From positions 1 through 39,138 of IMG/VR virus record IMGVR_UViG_3300026272_000002: a stretch of DNA of 39,138 bases; one strand, 5' to 3'. Positions 38,944-39,138 of this stretch are shown one piece after another. Made by a program: the position numbers and the translations under genes. The notes beneath the pieces were generated by a model that saw nothing but the letters and a program-made list of their open reading frames with translations, searched no databases and was not told where the DNA came from. Position 1 is the first letter of the stretch. Every line of letters starts with the position of its first letter. The DNA comes from a virus.

Positions 38944-39138
38944 TGGCATCAGTAAATAAAGTAATCATCGTCGGCAACCTTGGCCGCGATCCTGAAACTC
39001 GTTACATGCCGAATGGCGAAGCCGTCACCAACGTCGCCGTCGCTACGACCGAGAGCTGGAAAGACAAGAACAGCGGTGAGAAGAAAGAACTCACCGAATG
39101 GCACCGCATCACCTTCTACCGCAAGCTGGCAGAAATCG
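38943..39138 (+). CDS. ssb: Single-stranded DNA-binding protein, N-terminal part (continues at window start)
   Basis: The ATG overlaps the upstream stop as TAATG. Translation is [42 protein letters not shown]..., the canonical SSB OB-fold N-terminus. The frame runs off the window end and resumes at nt 2 through the 107-nt overlap. Confidence 0.9.
   Translation, partial: MASVNKVIIVGNLGRDPETRYMPNGEAVTNVAVATTESWKDKNSGEKKELTEWHRITFYRKLAEI
39032..39138. repeat. Terminal overlap, identical to 1..107
   Basis: Same 107-nt string as at the window start. Confidence 0.95.

Larger units (their letters stand above)
1..39138. mobile_element. Complete temperate phage genome (podovirus-type morphogenesis module), circularly closed contig with a unit length of 39031 bp
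   Basis: Integrase, excisionase-like gene and attP are present with a CI/Cro-like immunity region. Terminase, portal, scaffold, capsid, ejection proteins, tail fibre and a lysis cassette are all present. The two window ends overlap exactly. Confidence 0.85.

Noticed and set aside
1-39138. CRISPR arrays, rRNA, IS/transposase genes, and toxin-antitoxin or multi-gene defence cassettes
   Set aside because: No regularly spaced direct repeats, no transposase-like ORF, and no recognisable defence-gene signatures were seen. The only candidate conflict-related genes are the DUF2829 protein, the orphan methyltransferase and the acyltransferase.

Overview
The window is a complete, circularly closed genome of a temperate phage from a proteobacterium. 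The first 107 nt are identical to the last 107 nt, so the true unit length is 39031 bp, and the ssb gene is split across the window ends. The virion module is podovirus-type, with no sheath, tube or tape-measure genes. Coding is dense and most gene junctions are ATGA, GTGA or TGATG overlaps.

Layout:
- Plus-strand early operon (about 34260 through the window junction to 6429): small ORFs, a 558-nt ORF-free structured segment, three tiny membrane ORFs, a coiled-coil protein, an SSAP-like protein, a YqaJ-type exonuclease, SSB, a truncated DnaN-like mini-clamp, about ten small hypothetical genes, an excisionase-like gene and a tyrosine integrase.
- attP region (6430-6660): carries the 3' 49 nt of a tRNA-Lys(CUU) gene plus a terminator.
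- AT-richer moron region: a small minus-strand gene and an O-antigen-type acyltransferase.
- Minus-strand lytic programme (33392 down to 8199): cro-like, CII-like, orphan DNA methyltransferase, NinB, nucleases, replication genes with iterons, a DUF2829 (Tad2-like) gene, a Q-like gene, a late promoter with two tandem terminators, terS, terL, portal, scaffold, SU10/epsilon15-type capsid, decoration protein, adaptor and tail proteins, ejection proteins (one with an SLT domain), a C1q-like tail fibre, and the lysis cassette.
- Immunity region (33189-34340): a short CI-like repressor with no S24 self-cleavage domain, and repeated TATCGG-N4-CCGATA operators.

Most notable observations:
- Four CTGT-N8-ACAG SOS (LexA-type) palindromes, all in non-coding DNA. 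Three are clustered around attP and a small orphan gene, and one is beside the repressor gene.
- A hairpin-dense 558-nt non-coding segment with GNRA-capped helices, which is a candidate large structured RNA.
- A 230-aa DnaN-derived mini-clamp.
- Five or six translationally coupled micro-ORFs of 22-38 codons encoding single hydrophobic helices.

No CRISPR array, rRNA, intact tRNA, transposase, reverse transcriptase or recognisable multi-gene defence system was seen. All homology statements come from motif recognition by eye and from memory, not from database searches.
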